64,000 bases of DNA from Bilabrum cf. latius (lineage: Eukaryota), in assembly GCA_965178125.1 (NCBI GenBank), contig OZ237742.1:992001-1056000 (forward strand), written 5' to 3'. Positions 26,073 through 38,671 of this stretch are shown here, one piece after another. The position numbers were made by a program, and so were the translations under genes. Under the pieces are notes generated by a model, which was not told the DNA's origin, made no database searches, and saw nothing but the letters and a program-made list of their open reading frames with translations. Every line of letters begins with the position of its first letter. The stretch's first letter is position 1.

Positions 26073-29000
26073 TTATATGTACGACGCCTGGCTCCGAGCA
26101 GTGGCACTTTCCTCCGACCGCGGCGTGTCCACCTCAGCGATTGTATACAGGTCGTATCTCTGGGCGCAGTAGTTGGAGGGGAACCAGCCCACCCTCTCTC
26201 CGTTCTGGCCCTCCCACCACCCGCTGTCGTCCTTACGGAGGACCAGGATATCCTCCCCCTCCGTGATGGACAGCTCGTTCTCGCCCTGGGCCTCGTACGT
26301 GGCTAACGCCCGCATCCACAGCTGCTCCCCACCCGCCCCCACCGCACCTCCGCCTTGTCCCCCCACTGTGCCCTGCACCCCGTACCCCTACTCAACCCCT
26401 GAGCCAGCTGGATACTCACCTGAGCCCCCACCATACCCGGCCCCGCCTTCCCCACCATAGCCATACTCATCCGCTGCGCCATACCCGTACGCGTCCGCAC
26501 CGCTTCCGCGGCCAGACCCTAGGGCGCCTCCATCGAACGGCTGCATCAATGTGGAGCCCTAGGACCGAGCCGAGTCCAACGGCTGCCGAGACCCGTCAGA
26601 AGCAAGGCCAGCTGCCATGTCTCGGCCCCGTGAAGAGCTCTATCCAAGCCCACTGGTACTGCCACTGGCTGGACTGCCATCATCCATGACTTCACTAAGC
26701 TGCCCGACTGCTTGAAGCTCGCCATGCTGATCAGTATCGACACGAGCAGGCCTTGAGCGGGCGGATCCCACGACGTAGCTGTCCTAGTCGTCGTCCGGCG
26801 GAGGAGGTATTGGAACCGTGCCTGCCAGTCGGTTAGACTTAGACAGTGGCGTTGATGTACTGCTGGTGGCACCTGCTCGAGATGCAGAGTCAAATCCGGC
26901 CGGGCTCGCGGCCGGGCTGTTGCGTACAGATCCAGGAGATAGCCCGAGCAAGCGCGCCCGATCTGCGTGTCTCGCGATCCCGTCGGCCGCCTGCCCGAAG
27001 TCCTCGCTTGGTGCATATTTGCCACCGCTCCCATTGGAAGGCGAAATATGCGGCAAAGACGCTGAAAGAGAGGACAACACTTTAGCATCGACCGATTTAC
27101 CTCGCATACATTCGCCCACATGCTGAAGCACGATCTGCTGCATCACAGGCGGCCGAGTGGCTTGGAGCATTTCAACAACGCTCGTACCGCCGTTGGACTC
27201 CAGGACCTAAAGCCACGCTCCTGTATCTGTCGGCCCGCGGGCCCCAGGAGCTCCCTAGGTCGATACGCCGTGGCCCATCCATCGACCACAGCAGACTGAC
27301 AGTCTCACTGCATGCGTCACCAGCGACTGCACGGCGACCGGGATCCACTCGATAGCAGCAGCGATGGAGGTTGCGTCAGACCCAGACAGCGTCTGCTTAC
27401 CAATTGACCGCTCTGACTGCTACGAAGACTCGCCAAGGTGCGCGACTAGGTACTGCTCCGAACGTCTCGCAGCGCCTGGCACCGAAAAGAATGGCCCACC
27501 TGGCGGTACTGACAGCTAATTCTAGGCATCAGCCAGGAGTGCCTTGACCCTTGCTCGCAGCACACGACCCTTGGTGCACTCTAGCGTCTTGATACAGACG
27601 GATAGGACCTACAAAGTCTCCCGCATTTCGTCGCTTCGTTCCAACAGACCCCGCATGGCCGACTCAATTGCCTCAGCGGCTCGGAAGTGGCACTCGGTGG
27701 CAGATAGCTGATACGGGCTTGCAGAGTCTTGCGAAGAATCAGCAGCTGGCTCGGATCCAGCGACTGCGCTCTGCCTCGATTGTAAAGAAGCCCGCGCGCG
27801 ATGCAGCCAACCTCTCATGAGCCCATGCTACTTGACTCTGGCTTGGGCTCCCCTATCCTGGAATCGCTGGCGTGCAGTCTGACTGCCGCCTGGAGTCTGC
27901 GCCTTATCGTAAAAGCTCGATTCAAGCCATTGCTCCGCGCAAGCAGAAGCTACCACCCACTCACCGCCACCAAAGAAAGCAGCGCCTGCATGCGAGCATG
28001 ACATGGTTGATGTACGGATAATGGGCTCTGCCTCCCGGAGCACATGTGCAATGAACGCAGGGGTGGTGCTCTTGCTTTCCAGATTCGCCTGAAAGGCAGC
28101 ATCGATGTACTAGGAGCCAGCAAGATCGTTGGATGCACCCGTCCCACGCTCTGGCTGCGGCATTTTGTGAGAACCTGTCTGCGGCATGGCCATCACCACG
28201 GGTCCAGGCATGCCCTACGACCACGGAATAGCCTCGAGTTCCCCACCACTGCCTGTCTCCATCTCATGCCGGCGCAGCACCGATTCGAAACTCGCGCTCT
28301 CCTTCCCATCAGACTTCGTTCCATTGATACTTCCATCGCCCATACTTCCGATACTACCACTTGGAGGCTCAGCCTCATGCTTCGCTTCCTACGCCGCTGT
28401 GTCCCAGTTCGTCCACCAGTCCCGCAGCGCCCACAGGCTGCTCGAACAAAACTCAGCCACAGCCGCCAGATGTTGCTCCGCTCGGCTGCACGCGCGGGCA
28501 CATTCCGCAAAGGAAGGTGCTCGTGATTGCAGGGCAGCATCGTCCCCCTTGGCCGTGGCGGCGCTTAGCATGGTCGATACGCTCATGCCTTCAGTTTCTC
28601 CACTCGATTCAAGCAGTCCATCTTCGGCAGCATCACGTCCGCTTAGGTGGCCGTTCCTGTTAGGACTAGACCGCGGTCCGCCCCCAACCGCACTGCCACA
28701 GTCACGCATGTAGTTGCGGATGGCAGCTGCCACTGCCCGCGCCCTTGCACGAGTAGGAAGTCCAATAAATCGGGCTAATCGTCTGCGGCCAACTTCTACC
28801 ATCCTGCGATACTGAACCAATGCTGCAGCTGCCCGCACAGTTGCCGCCGAGCTCTCCTCATTCGATACATGAGCAATGGCGCGAGGGCGGGAAGCAAAAG
28901 CACGAATGACGAGGCGGGCTGCCATGCCAGTGGTTATGTCGAGGGGCACAGGGGAGCATATGCGAGCCTGCGCCAAGCGGGCCAGCTGGGCTATGCACGA

Positions 29001-32000
29001 GTCGGGCAGGGTAGCGCCCTTCACAAAGTCATGCTGCAGCAGCTGCATGGCGCTTGGTCTGCTGGAGACGTCGCGCGTTAGGCAAAGCCTCACGAAGTCC
29101 TCGCCCTCGGTAGATAGCCTGCCTCGCAGCCGGTGCTTGGCTTGCTTGACGGCGTCCGCGCTGGCTATTTTGATCATGAGGGTAGCGCTGTTCTAGGAAT
29201 CATCGTCCCAGAGGGGCCTGCCCGTGGCCATCTCGATGACGGAGCATCCGAGGGACCACACGTCTGCGAGGTGCCAGTCCTGCGGCTGCACCTGCCCGTT
29301 CACCACCTCTGGCGCCATCCACTGCACGGTGCCCTACCCCCGTGGAGATCCTATCAAGGCATCGCTGCGGAGGGTGCCTAGCCCGGTCCCGATGGGTGGG
29401 GGCTGTGTGCTGGATGGTGCGTTCATTCCACGCTATGAGTCAAGTGCCGCAGGATTTACCACACCGCTGGGGGCCTGGTCAGCTCCAGCCAAGATCTTGC
29501 ATGAGCCAAAGTCCCCCAGGAGCGCAACTCCGTCGTGCTGCAGCATGATATTGCCTCCTTTCACATCCCTGTGCACAATACCGTTCTCATGAAGGTACTG
29601 AAGGGATAAGAGTATCTGCACGGCGATGACGCGCACAGCCGGCTCCGCAAATGGGCCAAACTTCTTGAGCATCGCAGCCACAGAACCGGCAGCGGCGAAC
29701 TGCATGTACATTCGCACCGTGGGCAGGGGTGACTGCGCAGATGGCTCCCTTGACTCCAGGCCAAGGTATTTGACGATGTTTGGATGCTGTACCGACCGCA
29801 TGACCAAGGCTTCTCTCTCCAGCGAGCGCGCTTGCACGGCGGATGAGACATCCACGAGCTTGACAGCCATCAGGCCCGCCGTGTCCTGCCTCATTCCCAC
29901 GTGCACCCGCCCACTGACGCCCTTGCCAAGCACTGGCCCGCTCTTCCATCTGAAGCCCGACTGCGTCGGTATACCTTCCCTTGGAATCTACCCGATGCCA
30001 CCGGCCGAGAAGAGCTTAGAGTCCGGCATTTCCAGAGCCTCGGACGCGAATGATTCGAAGGTGGTGGCACCCGAAGATCCGAACGACATGCTGCTATTGT
30101 GACGAGTGTGCCCTACCCCGGCACTGATGTGCGATCCTGCCCCGATGGAGTGATGCGCACCGCTGCGGGCGGACGCCAGCCCAGCGCCGGTGTGCTGGGC
30201 CACAGACAGCGGTCTCAATCCTGGCAAGACCGCCCCGGGGCTGGGAACTGGCCTCCCGTATGCCACCGGAGACCCCCTGCCGCTCGCTCGGGTGACGGAA
30301 GGGTCGAGACCTGGCAGCGCAATCTACGCACCAGCCGCGGTGGGATCGGCGGCGAACCCCGACATGCTAGCGCTGCGAGCCACGGGAAGGGGCGAGAGCG
30401 GCGGCCTCGACTCGACAGCACTGTTCTCGGCGGATGCACCCGAAGGCACCGCAAGACCGCGCGCACTCCCAGTTCGGGGCAGGTCGAGCCTCCCAGGCCG
30501 GATTGCATCCAAGGACCCGGAATCCCGTGAAGCTCTTGCGGTCGGGGCCGCCCCAGCGGCATGTCCCCTGGCAGTGCCGCCTCGGTCCTCCGTCAGGTGC
30601 TCCGCCCGTTTTGCATCGGCTCGAATTGCTGCAGCAGTCGAGATCTTTGCTTGTAAATCGATAGTAGAGCCCGCAATACCAGCAGACACGCTTCTGTTAG
30701 AGGATGATATGACCGGCAGGCGCCCCTTACCGTCCCTGCTACCGCTCGACTCACTCCTGCGGGCGCTCAGAGAGCCCCTATTGCGGTGCACGGGCGGTGG
30801 GGTGTCCGTGGCGGGGGACTAGACGGCGCTTGTTGGCAGCGAAAGGCTCTCTGACCGCTTACGCCCATGAGGTCCCCCGGCCTGCGACCGGCTTGAACCA
30901 TGGAATCCGCGGTGTGACTCGCCTGCCGGCGACGATCCAGTCCCGCCCCCCGCGCTGGAAGGCCTAATCTACTTCTGCCGACGAGAATCACCACCCACGA
31001 TCCCGTGGTTCCCAAGGATAGGCCTGTGCCTGTCCCCGACATCGCCCGACCGTCTCTCTGCAGTGCTCGTGGCGGAAACGGCATCGTCACATCCGCGCCG
31101 CGCGCTAGAGACAGGGCTGGCAGCACTGTATGCCGCTTGGCCTGGGTGCCAGCTAGGCTCGATACCAACGCCGGGATGGCTGGCCCCTGCACTGCCACTG
31201 ACACTGCCAGGCAAGCCGGGGGTGCGTGCTGCATCCGCTGCTGCTCGAGCCACGGGTGGCTCCAGGCCGGGCCGCAGCACCTCGCCCGCGAGCAGCGTGT
31301 CGCTTCCCTCTTTGGTCTCCTAATGGCGAACAGTGCCGTGAAACAGGCCATGCGGGCCCTCTCCGGTGTTGTGCCCCGCGGCACCTCCCGCTGCTGCCAG
31401 CTCCCGTACCACGGCTAGTGATCGGCTCCGTGACGCGCCCTCGTCCAGGTCCTGGTCCTGCCCACCATCCTGGTCATCGCTGTCCGATTCGCTGTCGTCG
31501 GACACATCTGCCCCCCGAAAGAACCTTACTCTGAGTTTCTGCGGCACGATTTGCTTCTTCCATTTGGCAGACGACCAAAGGGCGGCCAGCCCGCGTGACA
31601 GGTCCGTACCTGCCGTCGAGCCCTGGGGGTACCGGACCATCTGCACGAGGAACTTGTCTTTGGATGGGATGCCGCCATCTGTGCTGTCCTAGGATGAGGC
31701 TTTATCCAGAGCTTCATCGACTGCCCCGGCAGCGAATACAACTGCGAGAAAAGGCGTGCTAAACGTGGCACAACACATTGGGCTCAGTGAGCATGTCGCG
31801 CGACACCAGTTCAGCAGCACCAGTAGGGACCGGCTTGGTATACCGAATCTTACGCTTAACACTAGTTGCTGATCCTGGAAGCAACATTCCGGTGGATGGC
31901 CCAACCATGTACTGTTTCGGGTTGGTCGTTTTGATCTTGAATGCCACCGGTTCTTGTGTTCCGAGAGAGTGGTCGAGTATAATTCGAGCGCTAGCTGAGC

Positions 32001-32336
32001 GACCTGGCATTACTGCATCATAAAATAATAACATGAGCGCCCCACAACTTGGAAAATCTGGGCGTACTCGCGAGAAACAAGCAGCGAGCGAAGCTGCAAC
32101 GGATGGGTCCACTGCGTAGCCTCACAAGCAAAGGACACTTCAGCGGATGGCCGAACGCGTACTAGAGGCTACACAGCCTACTTTCTAGTTGGAGTACTCC
32201 CAACAATACTTTTGAGTTTCATAGGAGTCCGAAGTTGAGGCGGGCGCCTTGTTGGCGTTGCAGGCGTATCAGCTTCAGACGGAGCCGTTCCTGGCTGCCC
32301 ATCACGGGGACCAGAGTCCAAATCTGAACCGTACAT
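26073..32336 (-). CDS. MSP-domain + STE11/MAP3K-like Ser/Thr kinase + C-terminal SH3 protein (~2,010 aa)
   Basis: Predicted exons 32336-32126, 32012-31854 and 31741-26073 (GT-AG introns of 113 and 112 nt). MSP motifs [32 protein letters not shown]; kinase [46 protein letters not shown]3 ALATYEA..ENELSI..GWWEG..GWFPSNY. Internal stops are TAG only; ends at TAA. Confidence 0.85.
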
Positions 32337-32469
32337 TACCCTATTCTCGACGCCATACTAGCCTTGTATTGTGCCGTGAGTAGCGATTATCTTCAACCTA
32401 TTTAGACTCCGAATGACACTATATTGAGGACACGAAACCGCGGCAGAACTGGCAGATTGTGAGCCTATC

Positions 32470-33123
32470 ATGATCCGATAGATTTTTTCAACCTGCGATA
32501 GATCGAGAGGTGCCAGACAGGGGTTCTTGTATCGTATTTCCGGGGGGGTTCGGCGTTTGCTCTGTTCAGATTCCTGTGCCAGGCCGATTGGCGTCTATGC
32601 TGGGAGCTTCAATCCGCCTACTAGTGGCCATATCGATATGATTATTCGCAGTCTAAACTTTTGCGACAAGGTTGTGGTCGGCATTGGTTTCAACATTGAG
32701 AAAAGCTACGCCTTCTCTGCAGACGAGCGTGCCGGATTGCTTCGCAAGGCAATTTAGTCTGAGACTACAGAGTGGCGCCGAGTTGAAGTTCTTACATTCC
32801 AAGGCCTACTAGCTGACTTTGCTCTGGATGTTGGAGGGACTGTCATTGTGCGTGGTGTACGCAATGACCAGGACTTGCAATTCGAGACGTCACGAGCCCT
32901 GCTGAACCAAAAAATGTCCGGCATCGAGTCTGTGTTTCTCCCATCAAGGGATCCAACCGTATCATCCTCGATCGTGCGCGAGATGGCCGCCTTCAACACA
33001 TCAGTGCCTGGCATCGTACCGCCGAGCATCGAGGAGGAGGTGTATACGAAGCTGGGTGTGCACTTCGAGCGGGATCAAACGACCGGCGAGTTGCGCTTTC
33101 CTAGAGGAAGATCCGATACCTGA
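32470..33123 (+). CDS. coaD: Bacterial-type phosphopantetheine adenylyltransferase with Arg-rich N-terminal extension
   Basis: IGVYAGSFNPPTSGHIDMI, F.GLLADFA, IVRGVR...D.QFE and VSSSIVREMA motifs. In-frame TAGs at 32479 and 32755; ends at TGA. Confidence 0.88.
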
Positions 33124-33489
33124 GGCAGGCTGCTCCATGGGTTGAAGGCGACTGGTCCTGGCTTGCCTCCTGTACAGCCATGGACGCCCAGCTGGCACAT
33201 GCGATGCGAATGCATTTAGATCCAACAGGCTGTGGTAAGGCCGCGGGTCCCGCTCTCAGTCAGTGGCACCAACCTTCCGGTGGCTTGCTTTCATGCCTGT
33301 TTGCTAGTGTCAGGGTAAAGCAGCTGTGTTCCACCGGCGAGCTGGGAGCTGTGACGCACTGAAACGGGTGGCTCTGGACATCGCTTGGTGCAGCCCTCCA
33401 ACACGGTACTGGATCTGTGGCATGGTGGGTGGCCCCAGATTGACCATTGAGGCGGTGCCAGTCGCCATCCGTCCGTTTGCGACACCGCT

Positions 33490-35271
33490 TCAGCTGGCAG
33501 ATGCAGGCGGCTGTGCAACTGCTGCGGATGTGCCTCCTGCCTCGCCCGAGGCAGCACTGCCAGCGCAGGTGCCGGCCGCAGCCGCCTCGTCGAATGCTCG
33601 CATGACTCGCGCAACGTCAAAAAAGCAGTCGAGCGCGGCCTGGGCACCGCTGGTGGCTCGCTGGCCTCCCTTTGAGGACTGCTTGGTGGCCTTGCGCGAA
33701 GACCGCGACCGCTTGGAACCACCAATTTGCTTTATGGCTGCAGCAGGAGTAGCTGTACTTTTCGGTGCAGCACGGACCATGGCCTCGTGCTCTTCCATCC
33801 CAAACGCGTGTGGGTTGCCGTCATAGGTGAACTTCTTGCCCGTCAGTGCCTCGTTTGCCTGCAGCATGTCTTCCACGCTCCACCCGCCACCGCCATGCCC
33901 GTTCTCATCGCCAAACGTCAGCATGTCATCTGGCCCCAAACCATACCCTCCCATGGCCCTGTCCTAGCGCCTGCCTCTGCTTCTGCCCCCTCCATCCCGT
34001 CTATCACCAGCCCGCCCGCGCTTCCCACCGCCTGCACCTCCAGCAGCGGCCATCTCAGCCGCTGCTTCATGCTCTTCCATCCCAAACGCGTGTGGGTTGC
34101 CGTCATAGGTGAACTTCTTGCCCGTCAGTGCCTCGTTTGCCTGCAGCATGTCTTCCACGCTCCACCCGCCACCGCCATGCCCGTTCTCATCGCCAAACGT
34201 CAGCATGTCATCTGGCCCCAAACCATACCCTCCCATGGCCCTGTCCTAGCGCCTGCCTCTGCTTCTGCCCCCTCCATCCCGTCTATCACCAGCCCGCCCG
34301 CGCTTCCCACCGCCTGCACCTCCAGCAGCGGCCATCTCAGCCGCTGCTTCATGCTCTTCCATCCCAAACGCGTGTGGGTTGCCGTCATAGGCGAACTTCT
34401 TGCCCGTCAGTGCCTCGTTTGCCTGCAGCATGTCTTCCACGCTCCACTCCTCACCTCCTTCACCGAATGTCTCCGAGTCTCTGGGATCGGCAGGCTCTGT
34501 GTCTGGCAAAGAGGACTTGGCAGGTGGGCGCGGGATCCTCCTCCCTGTGACCTTCTCGACATGTGCCTTCAGGGCGGGTAGGAGCGGCCTTACCATCCAG
34601 AAGCGCTGCCTCTTGGGAGAGCCTTTGTAGAACGGGAGCTCGTTAATCGGGAAGAATCGGATTGACCTAATTTCCTTGCGTGTCTGTGGGGCGAAGCGGG
34701 TGTCCTCAGGAACCCCACGAACCACGTAGTACCTCGCCACCTTCTCCCCAGTCTTGACTTGCAAGAAATGAGTTCGTTTTGTAAGCAAGCCTGAACAATC
34801 GAACCCGGTTTCTTCGTACACCTCGCGAATTGCGCACTCAAATGGTGTCTCGCCTTCGTTGATTTTCCCTCGTGGAAAGCTCCAGGACTTCCCGCTCCAA
34901 TTCTGAGCCAGCGCCACCTTGTCCATGCGCTTATTCATCAATATGGCTCCGCAAACGGGAATCTTTGCAACGTAATCCTTGAACTCTGAATAGAACCGTT
35001 CGTGCTTCGCCTTATAGCGAGCTAGCAAAGGACACCGCTCGAACACTATCTCCGTGAACAACGACTACCTCAGATGTGATATGCTACCAGTATCGTCCTC
35101 ATCCACGTAAAAGTCTTCATAAAACCAATGGGCCTGGACAATATGATGAAACAGTCGGTCTACACTTGGTGGTTCATCTTGCGGCAAATTCAGCAAGAAT
35201 CGTCCGATGACGTCGTCAATTGCCCGCTACATTTCTATATTGCCGTCAAGGACGTGATCACTTCCCGACAT
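33490..35271 (-). CDS. DCP2: mRNA decapping enzyme DCP2 (Box A + Nudix) with repeated C-terminal motif
   Basis: Box A (DDVIGRFLLNLP, QAHWFYEDF) appears only after TAG readthrough. IPVCGAIL and WSFPRGKINEGE...CAIREVYEETG Nudix box. Four in-frame TAGs; ends at TGA 33490. Confidence 0.92.
33788..34447. repeat. 282-bp near-perfect tandem repeat (~2.3 copies) inside the DCP2 3' coding region
   Basis: Matching blocks start at 33788, 34070 and 34352; one substitution seen (KKFTYD vs KKFAYD). Confidence 0.95.
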
Positions 35272-35446
35272 CTCTATCGCGCTCGTTCTTGGAATTCTGG
35301 TATTGCCGGCAAAGCACTGGCATGTGTGACGAGGGCGGATCGTCGGGGCCAAATTCTCGAAAACAACCTATCTTTGCAACCATTGAATTGAGTACCAAGA
35401 TTTCAGCGGTGTATTTTCGTGAATTAACTCAACTACGGCACTGAGT

Positions 35447-38400
35447 ATGAGTTCAAGGGCTACAGCCTAGCGATCTGCTCGCGGATTCACTACGTCCGAT
35501 CCCCCACCGATCGAGGCTGTGTACCAGACAGTTCTCGTGCCCAATTCGGTGCTCCCTGCCGAGGGACTATCGGCGGTAGCTGGTCTAAAGAATGAAGTAT
35601 ACCTTGGAACTGACAAGGGAACGTTGCTTCATGTAGGATTCGAAACTCAGGTGGATTCTAGATCGCTTCGAAACAGCCACTCACGGCACTAGATTCTGCA
35701 CAAGGAAGTTGCAAAGAAGAGAGGAGCAGTAACGAAAATAATCTGTGTATTTGGACAAGGCGAGGGCCCACGTACGGGTGCAGGGGCCGCGTCTGGTGCG
35801 GGAGGTCGGGCGGCGGCCGCTCCGCAAGCGTGTGCTGGTCTGTTCAGCCTTGCTGGCGGCGACCTCACGCTGCATCGGCCCGACCTGTAGACGGAATGCA
35901 AAATTGGGGACAGCAGAAGGCCTATTCTAGACATTGCCATCGCAGTGCCGGACTAGCCCAACCCAGACGATCCATTCGAGGGTCTCAGGCTGGTCGCGCT
36001 TCAGGCCGGCAAGCTCATCGTGTACCACTGGGCCGCGCAGGGCAGGATGAGCAACCGACAGCTCTCTCTACCCTCCACACCATTGTGTGCGACCATTAAC
36101 AGTGACGGGCTAATCACGATCGGTTACTCGCGCGAGTACAACATTGTGGAGGAGAGGGACGGCAGGGTCAAAGACATCCACGCAGACCTGCCCAAGTCTG
36201 GGAGGCCCGTCCTGTCGGCCATGCCAGGGGGAGAGGTGCTTGTGTTCACAACTGGCTTTGGTCTCTTCATAAAGCCAATCAAGCGGGAGCTGGATGCAGG
36301 AACTGAGGTCGACTTCCATCCCAGCCAGAGGGGTACACTGGTGTGCGACAGAACTCCTGACAGCGTCATGTACTCGCACCCGCTTCTTGGGCTCGTATGT
36401 GACCAGTCCTCGAAGGCAAGGGTGGACGTGTTCGCCCTCGCTAGCGACATGCAGGTGCTGCAGCAGCTGGAGCTGGGGCAGCCTGTCGCGGCAGCGAGCG
36501 ACAATGGATCGGCCCAGTACCGGCCGACGCAGCAGAACGGCTTCTTTGATTTGGCCATGGGCGGAGCTGTGTGGCGGGTGCATCAAAACCCCGTGTTTGA
36601 CGTCGTTTCGCAGATGCAGTGCAATGGAGACACAGGGCTGGCGGAGGAGATGCTGTAGATGTACATGGCAGCAGAGTCGATGGAGTCTTACAATGCCGCC
36701 ATGGAGAGGCACTACTGCCAGACTGCAGTGCTGCTGTGGCTGAGGCTCGAGTTTCGGCTGGCCATGTCGTACTTCAGGAAGATTCGAGTGCACCCGATGG
36801 AGATCGCCGCAACGATGCCGTGGCTGCTACCGGCTGCCAGGAGCCTCGGCAGCTTGCGTGTCAGCGTGTTCTCTCCTGACATGCTTGCTGCCGTGTCCAG
36901 CGGGTCTAGCCCTCCCAATTCGTGCATATCCACCTCGGACCTCCGGGCATCGCATGCCTCACTAGGTGACTTTGTGAACACCGGTAGCTCTCTCAGGACC
37001 GTCGCAGACATGGTTCTTGCGAAGCGTCAGATGGCCGAGTTTGAACACAAGCCATCGAAATCTGGGCCGATTCGACGGTCCAGGTCTGGTCGAAGCGCGG
37101 ACCCTGCCTTCTATTGGGGAGCTGTGAAGTCAAGTCGTATGGCTGCTTCGATGAGAGAGGATGAAGACTGGGAATCCATCGTACGGGCAGGCAAGGACAT
37201 TTCATCGGATGAAATCACATCAATTGCGGAGATTTGCTTTATTTAGTACGCTTTTGCTTGGCTGAAACAGAAGGGCGAGGAAGCCGATGATACGGTTGGT
37301 GTTGTTCACAGAGCCCTCATTGCAGCTCTGGTCCGAATTTAGGAGGCCTTTGAAGGGAATGTTGAAGTAGAATCGTCGCTACCACTGCTATCATCAGCGT
37401 TGCGCATCTGTAAGGTGCCCATCGACGATGAGATTTACGCCCTTCTGTCTAAGCCGAGGTACAGGTTGGAGCTAGCAGACTTTTAGATGTATCGGGGTAA
37501 TTTGCATACCGCACTTCAAACCTGCAAGGATATCGGTACCATCGAGGCAGCAAGGGTGGCTTGCACGAATTTGGCTTGTTCGGATGATGAGGATCTGATA
37601 AGACGTCACTGTCCATGGGTTTTCACTTTGGACCACGACCTTGGTTTGAGAATATTCATGAGTAACAGAAGACGGTCGTAGCTCAGGCATGAACTTATGA
37701 TTTCGATTATCCGTGATGCTGGGATTCCAGATGTACTAGCTGATAAGGATAGCCCATTGATTCGTCTCCTGTTATGGATGATTAAGCAAGGCGGCAGTTC
37801 CAATGAATCGGTCCACACGCTACTTGGCGAGCTTCTCGTGAAAGCTGTATCAGCAATACGGGATGAGGATTGGGCCCCTTTTGAACTTCCTCCCATACAC
37901 GCCCTTGATGAGACCAAGCTTGATGAAGAATGTCGCCAGACTCTACGGTAGCTAGCTGGTTCATAGTTCAAGGACAGAAAGCATCGAATTCAACCTGGTC
38001 TAGAAGAGGGCGAACTTGGTCTTCGACGTGGAAGACTCATGCGATTTCTGCGATTCCGCGGTTGCAAGGCGGATGCTAACGTGCTGCTACCCCTTTGCTA
38101 GAAATCGATGTTTGAGGAAAAAATGGAGCTCTTTGGGATGCTTGGGAACCATCAAGCAGCAATCCAAATTGCAATTGGCAACCTTCATGATTTCAGTGCC
38201 GCGGAAGAGTACTGTGAGCGTAGGGAAAGTAGCGCCCGTGGTGACCCGCTCCGAGACTACTTGCAAATTCTGCAGAGTGAAACTAGTGAGAGCGAGACTT
38301 GGAGAGCGGAGCTTTTAAGCAATCTTTTGTCAAAATATGCGGATCGACTGTCTTCGGCCGAAGTCGTCCATTTCGTGCATGGAAACCGAACAGTATCAAG

Positions 38401-38671
38401 CCTCGGACCATACGTTGCTCAGGCTGTACCCAGCCTATTTGGAGACGGAAGGGAGCATTACTTGGCGAGGTAGGTTGCAACTCATGAGCGGGTCTCTAGT
38501 CGCAGCTCATTGGCGACTGCAGAACGTCGTGGATACGTTTTAAGCAGGTTGTCCAAATGCTCGGTCTCAGGTACAAGGATCGGGGATGCCGCATTTTGCC
38601 TTCAATTTGACCTGAAGCCTGTGCTCATGAGTGAGCTTCGAAGGTTGAAGGATATATCTCTTTACAGTTGA
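35447..38671 (+). CDS. VPS39: Vps39/Vam6/TGFBRAP1-like tethering-complex subunit (CNH-like propeller + solenoid), ~1,074 aa
   Basis: One frame from ATG 35447 with TAG-only interruptions. Motifs VYLGTDKGTLL, LIRRHCPWVF, EEKMELFGMLGNHQAAIQI...DFSAAEEYC and C-terminal KCSVSGTRIGDAAF. Ends TGA, then TAA. Confidence 0.7.

Noticed and set aside
29190-29340. A-to-I editing (UAG read as Trp) or pyrrolysine as the explanation
   Set aside because: TAG sites sit in polar or variable positions that fit Gln, conserved Trp residues are encoded by TGG, and the TAG density is far too high for specialised recoding. Needs RNA data to be fully excluded.
33788-34447. Repeat as a CRISPR array or mobile element
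   Set aside because: It is an in-frame coding duplication with no spacers, terminal repeats or transposase.
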